DNA of 64,000 bases, taken from the NCBI GenBank assembly GCA_018241365.1, contig JAFEDX010000194.1, positions 10,411-74,410 of the forward strand. The letters are read 5' to 3'. The stretch comes from Pseudomonadota bacterium (GTDB lineage: Bacteria; Pseudomonadota; Gammaproteobacteria; Xanthomonadales; Rhodanobacteraceae). The notes under the pieces are model-generated. The model made no database searches and was not told the origin of the DNA. It saw only the letters and a list, made by a program, of their open reading frames with translations. Below are positions 41,191 through 51,532 of this stretch, one piece after another; the first letter of the stretch is position 1; each line of letters opens with the position of its first letter. Both the position numbers and the translations under genes were made by a program.

Positions 41191-41218
41191 ACGCCGCACT
41201 CAGGTGCGGCGTTTTCTT
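41191..41218 (+). terminator. Rho-independent terminator candidate after the M13 peptidase gene
   Basis: ACGCCGCAC-TCAG-GTGCGGCGT followed by TTTTCTT. Confidence 0.65.
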
Positions 41219-41290
41219 GCCCGCGGGATTCAAGGACACCTCACTGCGACACCTGCCGCACCGTTTCGTGCTGGCCCGTGAACAATGGGT

Positions 41291-41309
41291 ATTGCGAATC
41301 ATTCGCATT
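41291..41309. promoter_or_regulatory. Fur-box-like 19-bp palindrome
   Basis: ATTGCGAATCATTCGCATT is palindromic at 16 of 19 positions (8 of 9 arm pairs), with the AATCATT core of the Fur consensus. It lies about 150 nt upstream of a TonB-dependent receptor/piuC pair. Confidence 0.45.
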
Positions 41310-41458
41310 CGTCTTACTATCCATGCAAATCCCAGATACCTACTTGACGCGCAGGCGAAACCAGACACTCGATGCAAGCGCACACCTCGAGGCGCGGCTC
41401 ATGCGTGTCGTGCGCTTGCGATCGCCATGCCCGCATGCAACCGACAAGGCCGCTTCGA

Positions 41459-43768
41459 ATGTCCGGCATCAAGCATCGCAAGCACGCCACTCACCGTACT
41501 TCCCACCCGCCCACTGCCCTGCCCGCATTGATGGCCGGTGTCGCTCTCGGTCTGCCGGCGCTGGCCGCCGCGGCACCGCTGGACACAGCACCCACGCAGC
41601 TGCCCACCATCGAGGTCAAGGGCCACCACAACCCGTACAAAGTGGATGCGGTGCAATCGCCGAAGTTCACCCAGTCATTGCTGGATACGCCGCAAACCAT
41701 CAATGTCATCAGCAAGGAAATCATCCAGCAGCAAGGCGCGGCGACACTGACCGAAACGTTGCGCAACAGCCCCGGCGTCGGCACGTTCTACGTCGGCGAG
41801 AATGGCACCACCGCTACCGGCGACGCGATCTACATGCGTGGTTTCGATACCTCCGGCAGCATCTTCGTGGATGGAGTGCGCGATCTAGGCTCGATCTCAC
41901 GCGACATCTTCAATGTCGAGCAAGTGGAAGTGACCAAGGGACCGGATGGCACCGAGTATGGGCGCACCGCGCCCACCGGAGCCATCAACATGGTCAGCAA
42001 GCAACCGTATCTCAAGGATCGCGTGGACGCATCCCTGGGTTACGGAAGCGCCGGCCAGCGGCGTGCCACGGCGGATTGGAATGAGGCCACCGGCGAGCAC
42101 TCTGCCTTCCGTTTGAACGTGATGGGCCAGAAGAGCGGCGTGCCTGGCCGGGATGTCGTCCGCAACAACCGTTGGGGAATCGCACCCTCACTGGCGTTCG
42201 GCCTTGGAACGCCTACCACGGTATTCATCGACTACCTGCACGTTGCCCAGGACAACGTGCCCGACGGCGGCATACCGACCATCGGCCTGCCGGGTTATTC
42301 CTCACCGGATCCCATGCGTCCGTTTCTCACCATCGCGCCCAAGGTGGACACCTCGAACTTCTATGGCACCGATGCCGATCACGACCGCGTCAAGGCGGAC
42401 ATGTTCAGCGTCATCGTAATCCATGACTTCGCGAACGGCGCTGTGCTGCACGACACCTTGCGCTGGGGCCGCACCCGCGAGGACTACCTGCTCACGTCGT
42501 TCATGGGCAGCGCCGCCAATCTGCTGACACCCGACCCGCTCAATCCCGCCACCTGGACGATCGCGCGCAGCAATCCCACCTTCAAGGACCAGACCAATCG
42601 CATCCTGACAAACCAGACCAACCTCACCGCGAATTTCAACACTGGCGCCATCAGGCACGACCTCAGCACCGGCGTGGAACTGACACGCGAGGAAGTCGGC
42701 ACCGGGAGTATCGGCGCGCTGCACGGCAGCGCCTGGACCCCGGCGAACCTGTACGCACCCAATCCGAAGACTGCCGCCGGCCTTGTCATCGGTGACACGG
42801 GCGCCTGGGGGCTTGGCCGCACCGACACCGCTGCAGCCTACCTGTTCGACACGCTGCATCTCGGCGAGCGCTGGCTGGTTACGGCGGGTGCGCGCATCGA
42901 CCACTACGACACGCATTTCCGAAGCGTCGTTCCATGCGGGATTTCGAAGAGCGCGCCGGCTTGTGGCACCAACCCGACGGCGACCCCGTTGCCCGCCGTC
43001 GACGCTGACAAGGGCGGTGATCTGTACGGTTACAAGCTTGGTGTCGTGTACAAACCGTCCGCGAATGGCAGCCTGTACGCGAACTTCGCGGTTTCGGCGG
43101 AACCACCGGGCGGCAACAGCCTCGTACTGAGCGCATCGGCCAACAGTGCCGACAACCCCGTTTTCAATCCACAGCGCGCGCGCACCACCGAAATCGGCGC
43201 CAAGTGGAACGTGTTCCACGACCAGTTGCGTTTGACCGCAGCGTTGTACCGCACCGTGGTGGCCGACCTCGTGGTGCAGGATCCGGTCGACCTGCAGTAC
43301 TACCAGGTCGGCCGCCAGCGCGTGCAGGGCATCGAACTCGGTGCAGTCGGCCAGATCACACGGCAGTGGTCGCTGAGCGCCGGCTACACCATCATGGACG
43401 CCAAGGTCACGCGCGGGAGCAACGTTGCCCAGGACGGTTCGGACGACCTGCCTTACACGCCCAGGAGCGCGTTCACGGCATGGTCTGCTTGGCAACTGCC
43501 CCACCACATCACGATCGGCGGCGGCGCACGTTATTCCGGCGAAATGCGGCGTGGGCGCGATGGTGCCATCGGCACGCCCGCCTTCACGGATGCCTATTGG
43601 GTCTTCGATGCGATGGCCAGTTACGCCTTCAACCAGCGCGCATCGCTGCAACTCAACCTCTACAACCTGTTCGACAAGGATTACATCGCAGCCATCAACA
43701 AGAGCGGCTACCGCTACACGCCTGGCACGCCGCGTTCGGCGCTGCTCACCCTCAACGTCCACTTCTGA
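41459..43768 (+). CDS. TonB-dependent siderophore (catecholate, Fiu/PiuA-like) receptor
   Basis: Plug region IEVKG...QSLLDTPQTINVISKEIIQQQGA and terminal ...SALLTLNVHF. Start chosen at MSGIKHRK, which is uncertain. Confidence 0.9.
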   Translation: MSGIKHRKHATHRTSHPPTALPALMAGVALGLPALAAAAPLDTAPTQLPTIEVKGHHNPYKVDAVQSPKFTQSLLDTPQTINVISKEIIQQQGAATLTETLRNSPGVGTFYVGENGTTATGDAIYMRGFDTSGSIFVDGVRDLGSISRDIFNVEQVEVTKGPDGTEYGRTAPTGAINMVSKQPYLKDRVDASLGYGSAGQRRATADWNEATGEHSAFRLNVMGQKSGVPGRDVVRNNRWGIAPSLAFGLGTPTTVFIDYLHVAQDNVPDGGIPTIGLPGYSSPDPMRPFLTIAPKVDTSNFYGTDADHDRVKADMFSVIVIHDFANGAVLHDTLRWGRTREDYLLTSFMGSAANLLTPDPLNPATWTIARSNPTFKDQTNRILTNQTNLTANFNTGAIRHDLSTGVELTREEVGTGSIGALHGSAWTPANLYAPNPKTAAGLVIGDTGAWGLGRTDTAAAYLFDTLHLGERWLVTAGARIDHYDTHFRSVVPCGISKSAPACGTNPTATPLPAVDADKGGDLYGYKLGVVYKPSANGSLYANFAVSAEPPGGNSLVLSASANSADNPVFNPQRARTTEIGAKWNVFHDQLRLTAALYRTVVADLVVQDPVDLQYYQVGRQRVQGIELGAVGQITRQWSLSAGYTIMDAKVTRGSNVAQDGSDDLPYTPRSAFTAWSAWQLPHHITIGGGARYSGEMRRGRDGAIGTPAFTDAYWVFDAMASYAFNQRASLQLNLYNLFDKDYIAAINKSGYRYTPGTPRSALLTLNVHF

Positions 43769-43773
43769 CGACC

Positions 43774-44451
43774 ATGCTCTTGCACATTGAACGCCTGCTC
43801 GACGCCTCTGCGGTCGCGCGGATGCGTGCACGCCTGGATTCCGCCGACTGGATCGATGGCCGCGAAACCGTGGGACCGCAGGGCGCGGAAGTCAAACGCA
43901 ACCAGCAGTTGCCGGAAGCTTCGCCACTGCGTGCAGAACTCGGCCGTGAGGTACTGGCAGCCTGCGCTGGGCATTCCGTATTCCACGCCGCCACCTTGCC
44001 GGTGAAGATCCTGCCGCCGCGTTTCAACCGCTACGCCGGCGGCGGCATCTACGGCGCGCACATCGATGGTGCCGTGATGACGCTGGCCGATGGCAGCCAG
44101 TTGCGCAGTGATATCGCCTGCACGCTGTTCCTCGCCAACCCCGACGATTACGACGGTGGCGAACTGATCATCGACGACACCTGGGGCGAGCACGAGGTGA
44201 AACTGCCAGCCGGTGACGCCGTGGTGTACCCCGCCGGCAGCCTGCACCGCGTGGAACCCGTGACGCGCGGTGCACGCGTGGCGTCGTTCTTCTGGATCCA
44301 GAGCCTTGTTCGCGATGAGGCAAAACGCCGCACCTTGTTGCAACTCGATGCCTCGATCCGCCAGCTGACCGCCAGTGCTGCCGACAACGCCGCCATAAAG
44401 CAACTCACCGGCGTATACCACAACCTTTTGCGGCTGTGGGCGGAAGCGTGA
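43774..44451 (+). CDS. piuC: Fe(II)/2-oxoglutarate-dependent PKHD-type hydroxylase (PiuC/YbiX)
   Basis: MLLHIERLLDASAV...NRYAGGGIYGAHIDGA...GGELIIDD...AGSLHRVEPVTRGARVASFFWIQS, 225 aa. It starts 5 nt after the receptor stop. Confidence 0.85.
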   Translation: MLLHIERLLDASAVARMRARLDSADWIDGRETVGPQGAEVKRNQQLPEASPLRAELGREVLAACAGHSVFHAATLPVKILPPRFNRYAGGGIYGAHIDGAVMTLADGSQLRSDIACTLFLANPDDYDGGELIIDDTWGEHEVKLPAGDAVVYPAGSLHRVEPVTRGARVASFFWIQSLVRDEAKRRTLLQLDASIRQLTASAADNAAIKQLTGVYHNLLRLWAEA

Positions 44452-44670
44452 CCGCATGCGATCATTCCTGATCGCCCGGCGTATTCGGCCACCAGAACGG
44501 TCCACTCCGTCCATCGACACGAGAGCCGCCATCAGTGCCACCATCCGCGGTGACAGCTCCGCGGTCTGAATGCCGCAACAACCACTTCGAACGAGATATT
44601 TCATTCCACGGCTCGGCAACGCGCCTCGCTACGCGCGATAATACGCAGCTTTCACGCCTGCGACGCATCG

Positions 44671-47502
44671 ATGGAATTCATCCCCGGCCAGCGCTGGGTT
44701 TCCGAAGCCGAGCCCGAACTCGGCCTGGGCACGGTCTTGCGCGTCGACGACCGCGCGCTGCAGGTGCTGTTCGCGAAATCCGGCGTGGTGCGCAACTACT
44801 CGGCCCACGGCGCCCCGCTCGGGCGCGCGACTTTCCGCGTCGGCCAGCGCATCGCCGGCCGTGGGATATCCTTCGTGGTCGAGCGCATAGACCTGCGCGA
44901 CGGCCTGCTGGTGTACTCCGGCGAGAAACGCGAGCTGGCCGAAGGCCAACTGGACGACGAGCAATCGCTGTCGCAAGCGGACGCCCGGTTGATTTCCGCG
45001 CGCATCGACAAACCCCACCACTACGAGTTGCGCAAGCAGGCCCTGCTGACGCGGGCCGCCGCGCGCCGTTCCGACGCATGGGGCATCCTGTCGGCGCGCA
45101 TCGACCTGCTTCCGCATCAACTGGGCGTCGTGGCCGCGAGCATGGAACGTGAGCACCCGCGCGTGCTGCTGACCGACGAAGCCGGCCTGGGCAAGACCAT
45201 CGAGGCAGGCATGCTGATCGCACGCATGCTGGCCACGGGACGTGCCGCACGCGTCCTGATCCTGTTGCCGGACACGCTGCTGGTGCAGTGGTTCGTCGAA
45301 ATGCGCCGGCGTTTCCAGCTGGCCTTCGCCATCCTTGACGAAGAACGCTGCAATGCCTTCGCCGCAACCGATCCCGCGCGCAACCCATTCGAGGACGAAC
45401 AACTCGTGCTCGCCTCGCTGGCGTGGCTGGTCCGCGAGCCCGCCCGACGCAAGCAGGCGCTGGCGGCCGGCTGGGACATGCTGGCGGTGGACGAGGCGCA
45501 CCATCTGGAGTGGACGCCGGACGCCGCGAGCCCGGAATACCGCACCGTCGAGGCATTGGCCGCGAACACGCCGAGCGTCGTGCTGCTCACCGCCACGCCG
45601 GAGCAACTCGGGCGCCGCGCGCATTTCGCGCGCTTGCACCTGCTGGACCCGGCGCGCTTCGACGACTTGGACCGCTATCTCGCCGAAGCAGATGATTACG
45701 CCAAGCTGTCGCCACTCGCCGGGCGCATCGGTGCAGGCGAGCCATTGTCCGGCGAGGAACGTGCGTCGTTGCACCAACGCTTTGCACACGATCCTGCGTT
45801 GCTCGCGCTGCTCGACGACTACCCGCGCACCGCCGACGCGCTGTTGTCCGCGCTGATCGACCGCCATGGCACCGGGCGGGTCATGTTCCGCAACCGGCGC
45901 GACGCGGTTGGCGGTTTCCCTGGACGGCAGCTCGCGCTCGACGACGGGTTGGAGGCCGGCGATCCGCTGGTGCGCCAGGAACTGCTTGCCGAATTCGACG
46001 ACGACATGCGCGCCGGCAATCCCGCACAGCGTACGCTCGACTATTCGCGCGATCCGCGTATCGCCTGGCTGGCGCAATTGCTGGACATGCATCGCGATGA
46101 CAAGTTCCTGCTGATCGCGGGCACGCGCGCCAAGGTCGATGCCATCGATGCCGCATTGCGCACGCGCAGCGGCGCGGGTGTCGCCTGTTTCCACGAGGGC
46201 ATGTCACTGCTGCAGCGCGATCGCGCAGCCGCCTGGTTCGCACAAACCGGTGGCGCGCGCGTGCTGCTGTGCTCCGAGATCGGATCCGAGGGCCGCAATT
46301 TCCAGTTCGCACACCGGCTGGTGATGTGGGACCTGCCGCTCGACCCCGACCTGGTCGAGCAACGCATCGGCAGGCTGGAGCGCATTGGCCAGGCCCACCT
46401 CGTGGTGCTGCACGTTCCCGTGGCGCCCGGCACGCCGCAAGAGGCGCTGGCGCGCTGGCACGCGGACGGCACCCGCGTCCTGCGCGAGTGCCCGGCGGAT
46501 GGGCGCGAACTGCTGAGGCGCTTTGGTGCCGACGTCGTGCGGGTTGCAAGATCCCACGCCGCGGACGGCGAATCCGACGACCCCGAACTCGACAGCCTCA
46601 TCGTCGCCACGGCCAACGCGCACGCGCAACTGTCGCAGGCGATACGCGAGGGCCGCGACCAGTTGCTGGAACTCGCCGCGCGACACGCCGGCGGCCGCGC
46701 CCTGCTCGGGGCGCTGCAGGCGGCCGATCGCGACGAGCAGGATCGCGCATTGGTGCAGGCCTGCTTCGAGCCGTTCGGCGTGCACATCGACGAGCCCGGC
46801 GACGGCAGCCTGTTGCTGGACCCGGAGTTCCTGTCCACCGATGCCCTGCCCGGCTTCGCAGACGGTCCACGCCGCGCCACCTTCGACCGCGCGCTCGCGC
46901 TGGCACGCGAGGAACTCGAATTGCTGCGCATGGATCACCCGCTGGTCGCGGGCGCCTTCGACCTGCTGCTCGCGGGCGAACACGGCAACGCATCCTTCCT
47001 GGTCGATCCGTCGCTGCCATCCCGCAGTGTGTTGCTGGAAGCCCTGTACCTGGTCGAATGCGTCGCCGACGTCACGCTCGACACGGCACGCTTCCTGCCA
47101 CCAACACCGGTCGAGGTCAGGGTCGATTCGCGCCTGGCGTCGCGTGAATACACACCGTCGGTGCAGGCGCTGGCCCGTGCCCGCGAACGTCCGCTCGATA
47201 TCTCGCGCTATCGCCGTTACCTCGCGCAGCTGGTGCCACCGATGCTGGAGAGGGCGGATGCGCTCGCCGGCGAACGAGTCCGCGACGCGGTCGGTGCCGC
47301 GTGTACCCGTGCCCGCGATGCACTCGATGCACGCGTGCAACGGCTGCACGCACTAGCCGTGGTAAACACGTCGGTGTCCGCTGCGGAAATCGCGCAAACC
47401 GAGCAGGTTCGTCAAAAGGTGCTTGCGGCGCTGGCCAAGGCCCGCCCGCGGCTGGACTCGGTTCGGATGGTCGTCAGCCCGGACTTCCTGTCCCTGCGCT
47501 GA
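44671..47502 (+). CDS. rapA: RNA polymerase-associated SNF2 ATPase RapA (HepA)
   Basis: MEFIPGQRWVSEAEPELGLGTVL (RapA-specific N-terminus), helicase motifs LLTDEAGLGKTIEAG and DEAHHLE, 943 aa. Confidence 0.93.
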   Translation: MEFIPGQRWVSEAEPELGLGTVLRVDDRALQVLFAKSGVVRNYSAHGAPLGRATFRVGQRIAGRGISFVVERIDLRDGLLVYSGEKRELAEGQLDDEQSLSQADARLISARIDKPHHYELRKQALLTRAAARRSDAWGILSARIDLLPHQLGVVAASMEREHPRVLLTDEAGLGKTIEAGMLIARMLATGRAARVLILLPDTLLVQWFVEMRRRFQLAFAILDEERCNAFAATDPARNPFEDEQLVLASLAWLVREPARRKQALAAGWDMLAVDEAHHLEWTPDAASPEYRTVEALAANTPSVVLLTATPEQLGRRAHFARLHLLDPARFDDLDRYLAEADDYAKLSPLAGRIGAGEPLSGEERASLHQRFAHDPALLALLDDYPRTADALLSALIDRHGTGRVMFRNRRDAVGGFPGRQLALDDGLEAGDPLVRQELLAEFDDDMRAGNPAQRTLDYSRDPRIAWLAQLLDMHRDDKFLLIAGTRAKVDAIDAALRTRSGAGVACFHEGMSLLQRDRAAAWFAQTGGARVLLCSEIGSEGRNFQFAHRLVMWDLPLDPDLVEQRIGRLERIGQAHLVVLHVPVAPGTPQEALARWHADGTRVLRECPADGRELLRRFGADVVRVARSHAADGESDDPELDSLIVATANAHAQLSQAIREGRDQLLELAARHAGGRALLGALQAADRDEQDRALVQACFEPFGVHIDEPGDGSLLLDPEFLSTDALPGFADGPRRATFDRALALAREELELLRMDHPLVAGAFDLLLAGEHGNASFLVDPSLPSRSVLLEALYLVECVADVTLDTARFLPPTPVEVRVDSRLASREYTPSVQALARARERPLDISRYRRYLAQLVPPMLERADALAGERVRDAVGAACTRARDALDARVQRLHALAVVNTSVSAAEIAQTEQVRQKVLAALAKARPRLDSVRMVVSPDFLSLR

Positions 47503-47579
47503 CGGGGCCGTGCGTATCCGCATGCGCGTGGTCCCTGCAGGAGGGACGCAGGCCCGACGGATCGCGGCTGCCGCCGCTC

Positions 47580-48554
47580 CTACGGCCGGCGCGCGAGCTC
47601 CGGGTTCTCCTTCGTCACCGGCATCAGGTCCTTCTTCGACACGCCCAGCCACAACAGGATCGGGCTGGCGAAGAAGATCGACGACAGCGTGCCCACCAGG
47701 ATGCCGATCAGCATGGTGATCGCGAAACCATGCACGGCGGGGCCGCCGAACAGGTACAGCGAGGCCATGGTGATCGCGGTGAATACCGAAGTGATGATGG
47801 TGCGCGACAGGGTGTTGTTGATCGCGCGATTGAGGATCTGCGGTGTCTCGGCCTTGCGGGTCAGGCGGAACAGTTCGCGCACGCGGTCGAACACCACCAC
47901 CTTGTCGTTGATCGAATAGCCGACCACCGCGAGGATCGACGCCAGCACGGTCATGTCGAATTCCCGCTGCACCAGTGCGATGATGCCGACGGTGATCACG
48001 GTGTCGTGGATTTCGCTGGCCACCGCGGCTACCGCGAAGCGCTTCTCGAAACGCATGCCAAGGTACAGCATGATGCCGATGATCACCACGATCACCGCGT
48101 AGATGCCGCTGGTCTTCAGCTCCTGCCCAACCTCGGGGCCGACGAAATCCGGCGGATGCGCCAGCTTCACGCCGGGATGCCCCGCTTCCAGCGCCGCGAT
48201 CACGCGTTTGGCGACGTCACCGGCCACCTGGTCGGGGCTTTGTTTTTGCCCGGCCTGCCCGGGCTGTTCTTTCGGCGGCTGCAGACGAATCGTGATGTCG
48301 CGGGTGCCGCCCATGCTCTGCACCACGGCATGCTCGAATCCGGCCTTTTCCAGCGCGCCACGGACGTCACCGACATCGATCGGCTGTTCGTAAGTCACGT
48401 CGAGCAGGATGCCGCCGGTGAAGTCGAGCCCGTAGTTCAATCCCTTCACGGTGATGGCCCACACCGACACGATCAGCAGGATCGCCGAAATGACGATGCT
48501 GACCTTGCGCATGCCGAGGAAGTCGATATTCAGGTCGTGGTGGAAGATTTCCAT
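47580..48554 (-). CDS. secF: Protein translocase subunit SecF
   Basis: MEIFHHDLNIDFLGMRKV...GLNYGLDFTGG, 324 aa. Confidence 0.95.
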   Translation of the reverse strand: MEIFHHDLNIDFLGMRKVSIVISAILLIVSVWAITVKGLNYGLDFTGGILLDVTYEQPIDVGDVRGALEKAGFEHAVVQSMGGTRDITIRLQPPKEQPGQAGQKQSPDQVAGDVAKRVIAALEAGHPGVKLAHPPDFVGPEVGQELKTSGIYAVIVVIIGIMLYLGMRFEKRFAVAAVASEIHDTVITVGIIALVQREFDMTVLASILAVVGYSINDKVVVFDRVRELFRLTRKAETPQILNRAINNTLSRTIITSVFTAITMASLYLFGGPAVHGFAITMLIGILVGTLSSIFFASPILLWLGVSKKDLMPVTKENPELARRP

Positions 48555-48601
48555 GGATGCTCGTCGTGTCTCGATGGAGGTTCGCTACCGGAGCGGCAGT
48601 G

Positions 48602-50461
48602 TCAAACCCACAACGTCTTGAGTTTCTTGCGGCGGCCGTGGATCAGCGCGGTGATCGCGTGGGTCATGGTCACCGAGGTGAACAGCGAGGTCGAAATACC
48701 GATGAACAGCGTGACGCCGAAGCCCTTGATCGCACCGGAACCGACCGTGATCAGGCCCAACGCCGCCAGCAGATGGGTGACGTTGGCGTCGAGGATCACG
48801 TGCCAGGCCTTCTCGTAACCGGCACGGATCGAAGCCAGCGGTGTCGACCCGTTGCGCAGCTCCTCGCGGATGCGCTCGCAGATCAGCACGTTGGCGTCGA
48901 TCGACATGCCCAGCGTCAGCACGATACCGGCGATGCCCGGCATGGTCAGTGTTACCCCGATCGCCGACATGATCGCGACCAGGATCAGCAGGTTGAACAC
49001 CAGGGCGATGTCGGCAACCAGTCCGAACAGGCGGTAGTAAACCGCCGCCGCGATCAGCACCAGCACCAGGCCCAGGATCACCGCGCGTTCGCCCTTGCGG
49101 ATGTTGTCCTGGCCAAGGCTCGGTCCGATCACGCTTTGCTGCACGATGTCCATCGGCGCCGCCAGCGAACCCGAACGCAGCATCAGAGACAGCGTCTGCG
49201 CTTCCTGCTGGGTCAGGCCGGTGGTCTGGAACTTCTTGCCGAACACGCCCTGGATCACGGCGTTGTTGAGCACGGTTTCGGTGGTCTTGGAGCTGTGGAC
49301 TTCCTTGCCGTCGACGATCTTCACCACCGGGGTGCGTTCGATGTAGACCACGCCCATGCGCTTGCCGACGTTCTGGGTCGTGAAGTCCAGCATCTTGCGC
49401 GCGCCGGTGGAATTGAGCGTGACATTGACGTCCGGCAAGCCGGTCTGCTGGTCGTAGCCCTGCGAGGCATCCACCAGTTCGTCGCCGCTCACGATCACGC
49501 GCTTTTTCAGCACCACAGGCTGGCCGTTCTTGTCGTAGTACAGGCGGTCGTCCGGCGGCACGTTGCCGGTACGCGCGGCTTCCTGCGGATCCACGTTCGG
49601 ATCGTCGGCGTGGTACTCCAGCGTCGCGGTGGCGCCGAGCACGCGCTTGGCTTCCGCGGTGTCCTGCACGCCCGGCAGTTCGACCACGATGCGCGTCTGG
49701 CCCTGCTGCTGGATCAGGGGTTCGGACACGCCCAGCGCGTTGACGCGGTTGCGCAACGTCGTGACGTTCTGGGTAATGGTGGTCTGTGCCAGCTTGTCGA
49801 GCACGTCCGGCTTGATCGCGGCATGCAGCGCATAGCCGCCACCCGGCGTGCGGTCGGTGGTGATGTTGAGGTCGGTATTGTCGGTGGATACCGCATCCAG
49901 GCCCTTGTCGCGGTCCGCGGAAGTCTTGAACACCGCCTGCACGCCATCGCCGCTCAGCGACACCACGTCGTACGGAATCTGCTTTTGCCGCAGGATCGAA
50001 CGGATGTCGTCGAGGTAGCGCTGCTGCTGCTTCTGCAGGACCGCATCCTGGTCCACCGCCATCAGGAAGTGCACCCCGCCCTGCAGATCGAGGCCCAGCG
50101 GCATCGCCCGCGCGCCGATCGATTGCAGCCACTGCGGCACCGTGGTCGCGAGGTTCAGCGCGACCGTGTAATCGTCACCCAGTGCCACGCGCAGCGTGTC
50201 GGAGCCCTGCAACTGCACTTCGGTATTGGCGAAGCGCACCAGCATGCGGTCCTTCTCGATGGAGATGTCCTGATAGGGAATCCTGGCCTTGTCGAGGTCG
50301 GCCGCGACCTGCTTTTGCAGCGTTGCATCGACCTTGGCCTCGCGGTTGGCCACGATCTGCACGGCGGGCTGTGGCCGGAACGCGTTGGGCGAGGCATACA
50401 GCAAGCCGAGCACCATCACGATGCCGACCAGCCAGTATTTCCAGCGGGGAAAGTCGCTCAT
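48602..50461 (-). CDS. secD: Protein translocase subunit SecD
   Basis: MSDFPRWKYWLVGIVMVLGLLYASPN...LGLDLQGGVHF, 619 aa. Confidence 0.95.
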   Translation of the reverse strand: MSDFPRWKYWLVGIVMVLGLLYASPNAFRPQPAVQIVANREAKVDATLQKQVAADLDKARIPYQDISIEKDRMLVRFANTEVQLQGSDTLRVALGDDYTVALNLATTVPQWLQSIGARAMPLGLDLQGGVHFLMAVDQDAVLQKQQQRYLDDIRSILRQKQIPYDVVSLSGDGVQAVFKTSADRDKGLDAVSTDNTDLNITTDRTPGGGYALHAAIKPDVLDKLAQTTITQNVTTLRNRVNALGVSEPLIQQQGQTRIVVELPGVQDTAEAKRVLGATATLEYHADDPNVDPQEAARTGNVPPDDRLYYDKNGQPVVLKKRVIVSGDELVDASQGYDQQTGLPDVNVTLNSTGARKMLDFTTQNVGKRMGVVYIERTPVVKIVDGKEVHSSKTTETVLNNAVIQGVFGKKFQTTGLTQQEAQTLSLMLRSGSLAAPMDIVQQSVIGPSLGQDNIRKGERAVILGLVLVLIAAAVYYRLFGLVADIALVFNLLILVAIMSAIGVTLTMPGIAGIVLTLGMSIDANVLICERIREELRNGSTPLASIRAGYEKAWHVILDANVTHLLAALGLITVGSGAIKGFGVTLFIGISTSLFTSVTMTHAITALIHGRRKKLKTLWV

Positions 50462-50510
50462 GGGTCAGAAAGAGAGATGTGCGCGTAACGAGGCACGCCG
50501 GGCGGCGCGC

Positions 50511-50840
50511 TCAGGAAGATTTGAGGGTGCCCTTGGGCAGCACGTTGGACACGGTGCCCTTCTGCACCCGGATCTGCACGTTGTCGGCGACTTCCAGGGT
50601 CAGGAAATGCTCGCCGATCTCCTCGACCCGGCCGAGAATGCCGGCGGCAATGACTTCGTCGCCCTTGGCGAGTTCGGAAATCATCTTGCGCTGTTCCTTG
50701 GCACGCTTCTGCTGCGGACGGATCAGCAGGAAATAGAACACCACGAACAGAATGATGATGAACCCGAACGAATACATCGGGTTCGGCTCGGCCGCCCGCG
50801 CGGCGGGCGCCGCGGCGGCGGCAAAAAACGTGGCAAGCAT
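50511..50840 (-). CDS. yajC: Preprotein translocase subunit YajC
   Basis: FIIILFVVFYFLLIRPQQKRAKEQRKMISELAKGDEV. Internal ATG of the track ORF. Confidence 0.9.
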   Translation of the reverse strand: MLATFFAAAAAPAARAAEPNPMYSFGFIIILFVVFYFLLIRPQQKRAKEQRKMISELAKGDEVIAAGILGRVEEIGEHFLTLEVADNVQIRVQKGTVSNVLPKGTLKSS

Positions 50841-51019
50841 GTGGGACTCTCGATTGTGGGGGCTGCCGCAACGCGGCACGTCTGCCCAAAAGACGGGGGA
50901 TTATGCCATGGTCGGCGGGCTCGCGCATGCTTCCGCAGGCGCCATCCTGCATCCCGCTGACGAGCTTTGGACACGCTGCGATAATGCGGGTTCCGCAAAG
51001 CCCGCAAGGATCCCTCGCG

Positions 51020-51508
51020 ATGCAGCACCTGACCGTGGTTACCACCGGCGGCACCATCGACAAGGTGTACTTCGACGCCAAGTCCGATTATCAGGTGGGT
51101 GCGCCACAGATTGGCGAAATCCTGGCCCAGTTGGGCGTTGCGTTCGAATTCGACGTGGTGCCGGTGCTGCGCAAGGACAGCCTCGAGATGACCGACGCCG
51201 ACCGTGCGGAAATCCGGTCGGTCGTGTCGGGACAACCGCATCGGCACATCCTGATTACCCACGGCACCGACACCATGGTGGATACCGCGCGCGCGCTGGC
51301 AGGAATCGAAGACAAGACCATCGTGCTGACCGGCGCGTTGAATCCCGCGCGTTTCCAAGGATCGGATGCCGTGTTCAACATAGGATGTGCGGTGGGCGCG
51401 GTGCAGACGCTGGGCGACGGCGTGTGGATCGCAATGAACGGCCGTGTCTGGGATCCGGCGCGCGTGCGCAAGAATCGCGCCGCCAACCGGTTCGAGGAAT
51501 CCCGCTGA
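51020..51508 (+). CDS. Short asparaginase-domain protein
   Basis: MQHLTVVTTGGTIDK (asparaginase TGGTID motif) ... ILITHGTDTM, 162 aa. Confidence 0.65.
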   Translation: MQHLTVVTTGGTIDKVYFDAKSDYQVGAPQIGEILAQLGVAFEFDVVPVLRKDSLEMTDADRAEIRSVVSGQPHRHILITHGTDTMVDTARALAGIEDKTIVLTGALNPARFQGSDAVFNIGCAVGAVQTLGDGVWIAMNGRVWDPARVRKNRAANRFEESR

Positions 51509-51532
51509 CGCACGCCACGGGGCAGGCGCAGT

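Noticed and set aside
44629-46194. 521-aa minus-strand ORF, one of several similar long ORFs (e.g. 42302-43831 minus, 48557-50488 plus, 29734-31833 plus, 13573-14736 plus, 37411-38991 plus)
   Set aside because: All of them lie antisense to strongly recognisable genes (rapA, TonB receptor, secD, rpsA, terC, beta-CASP hydrolase) and have Arg/Gly/Ala/His-rich compositions without motifs. They are high-GC shadow ORFs.
44671-47502. SNF2-family helicase as a possible phage-defence component (DISARM/BREX-like context)
   Set aside because: The N-terminus and length match housekeeping RapA/HepA. It is a solitary gene between piuC and secF with no methyltransferase, nuclease or other defence partners.
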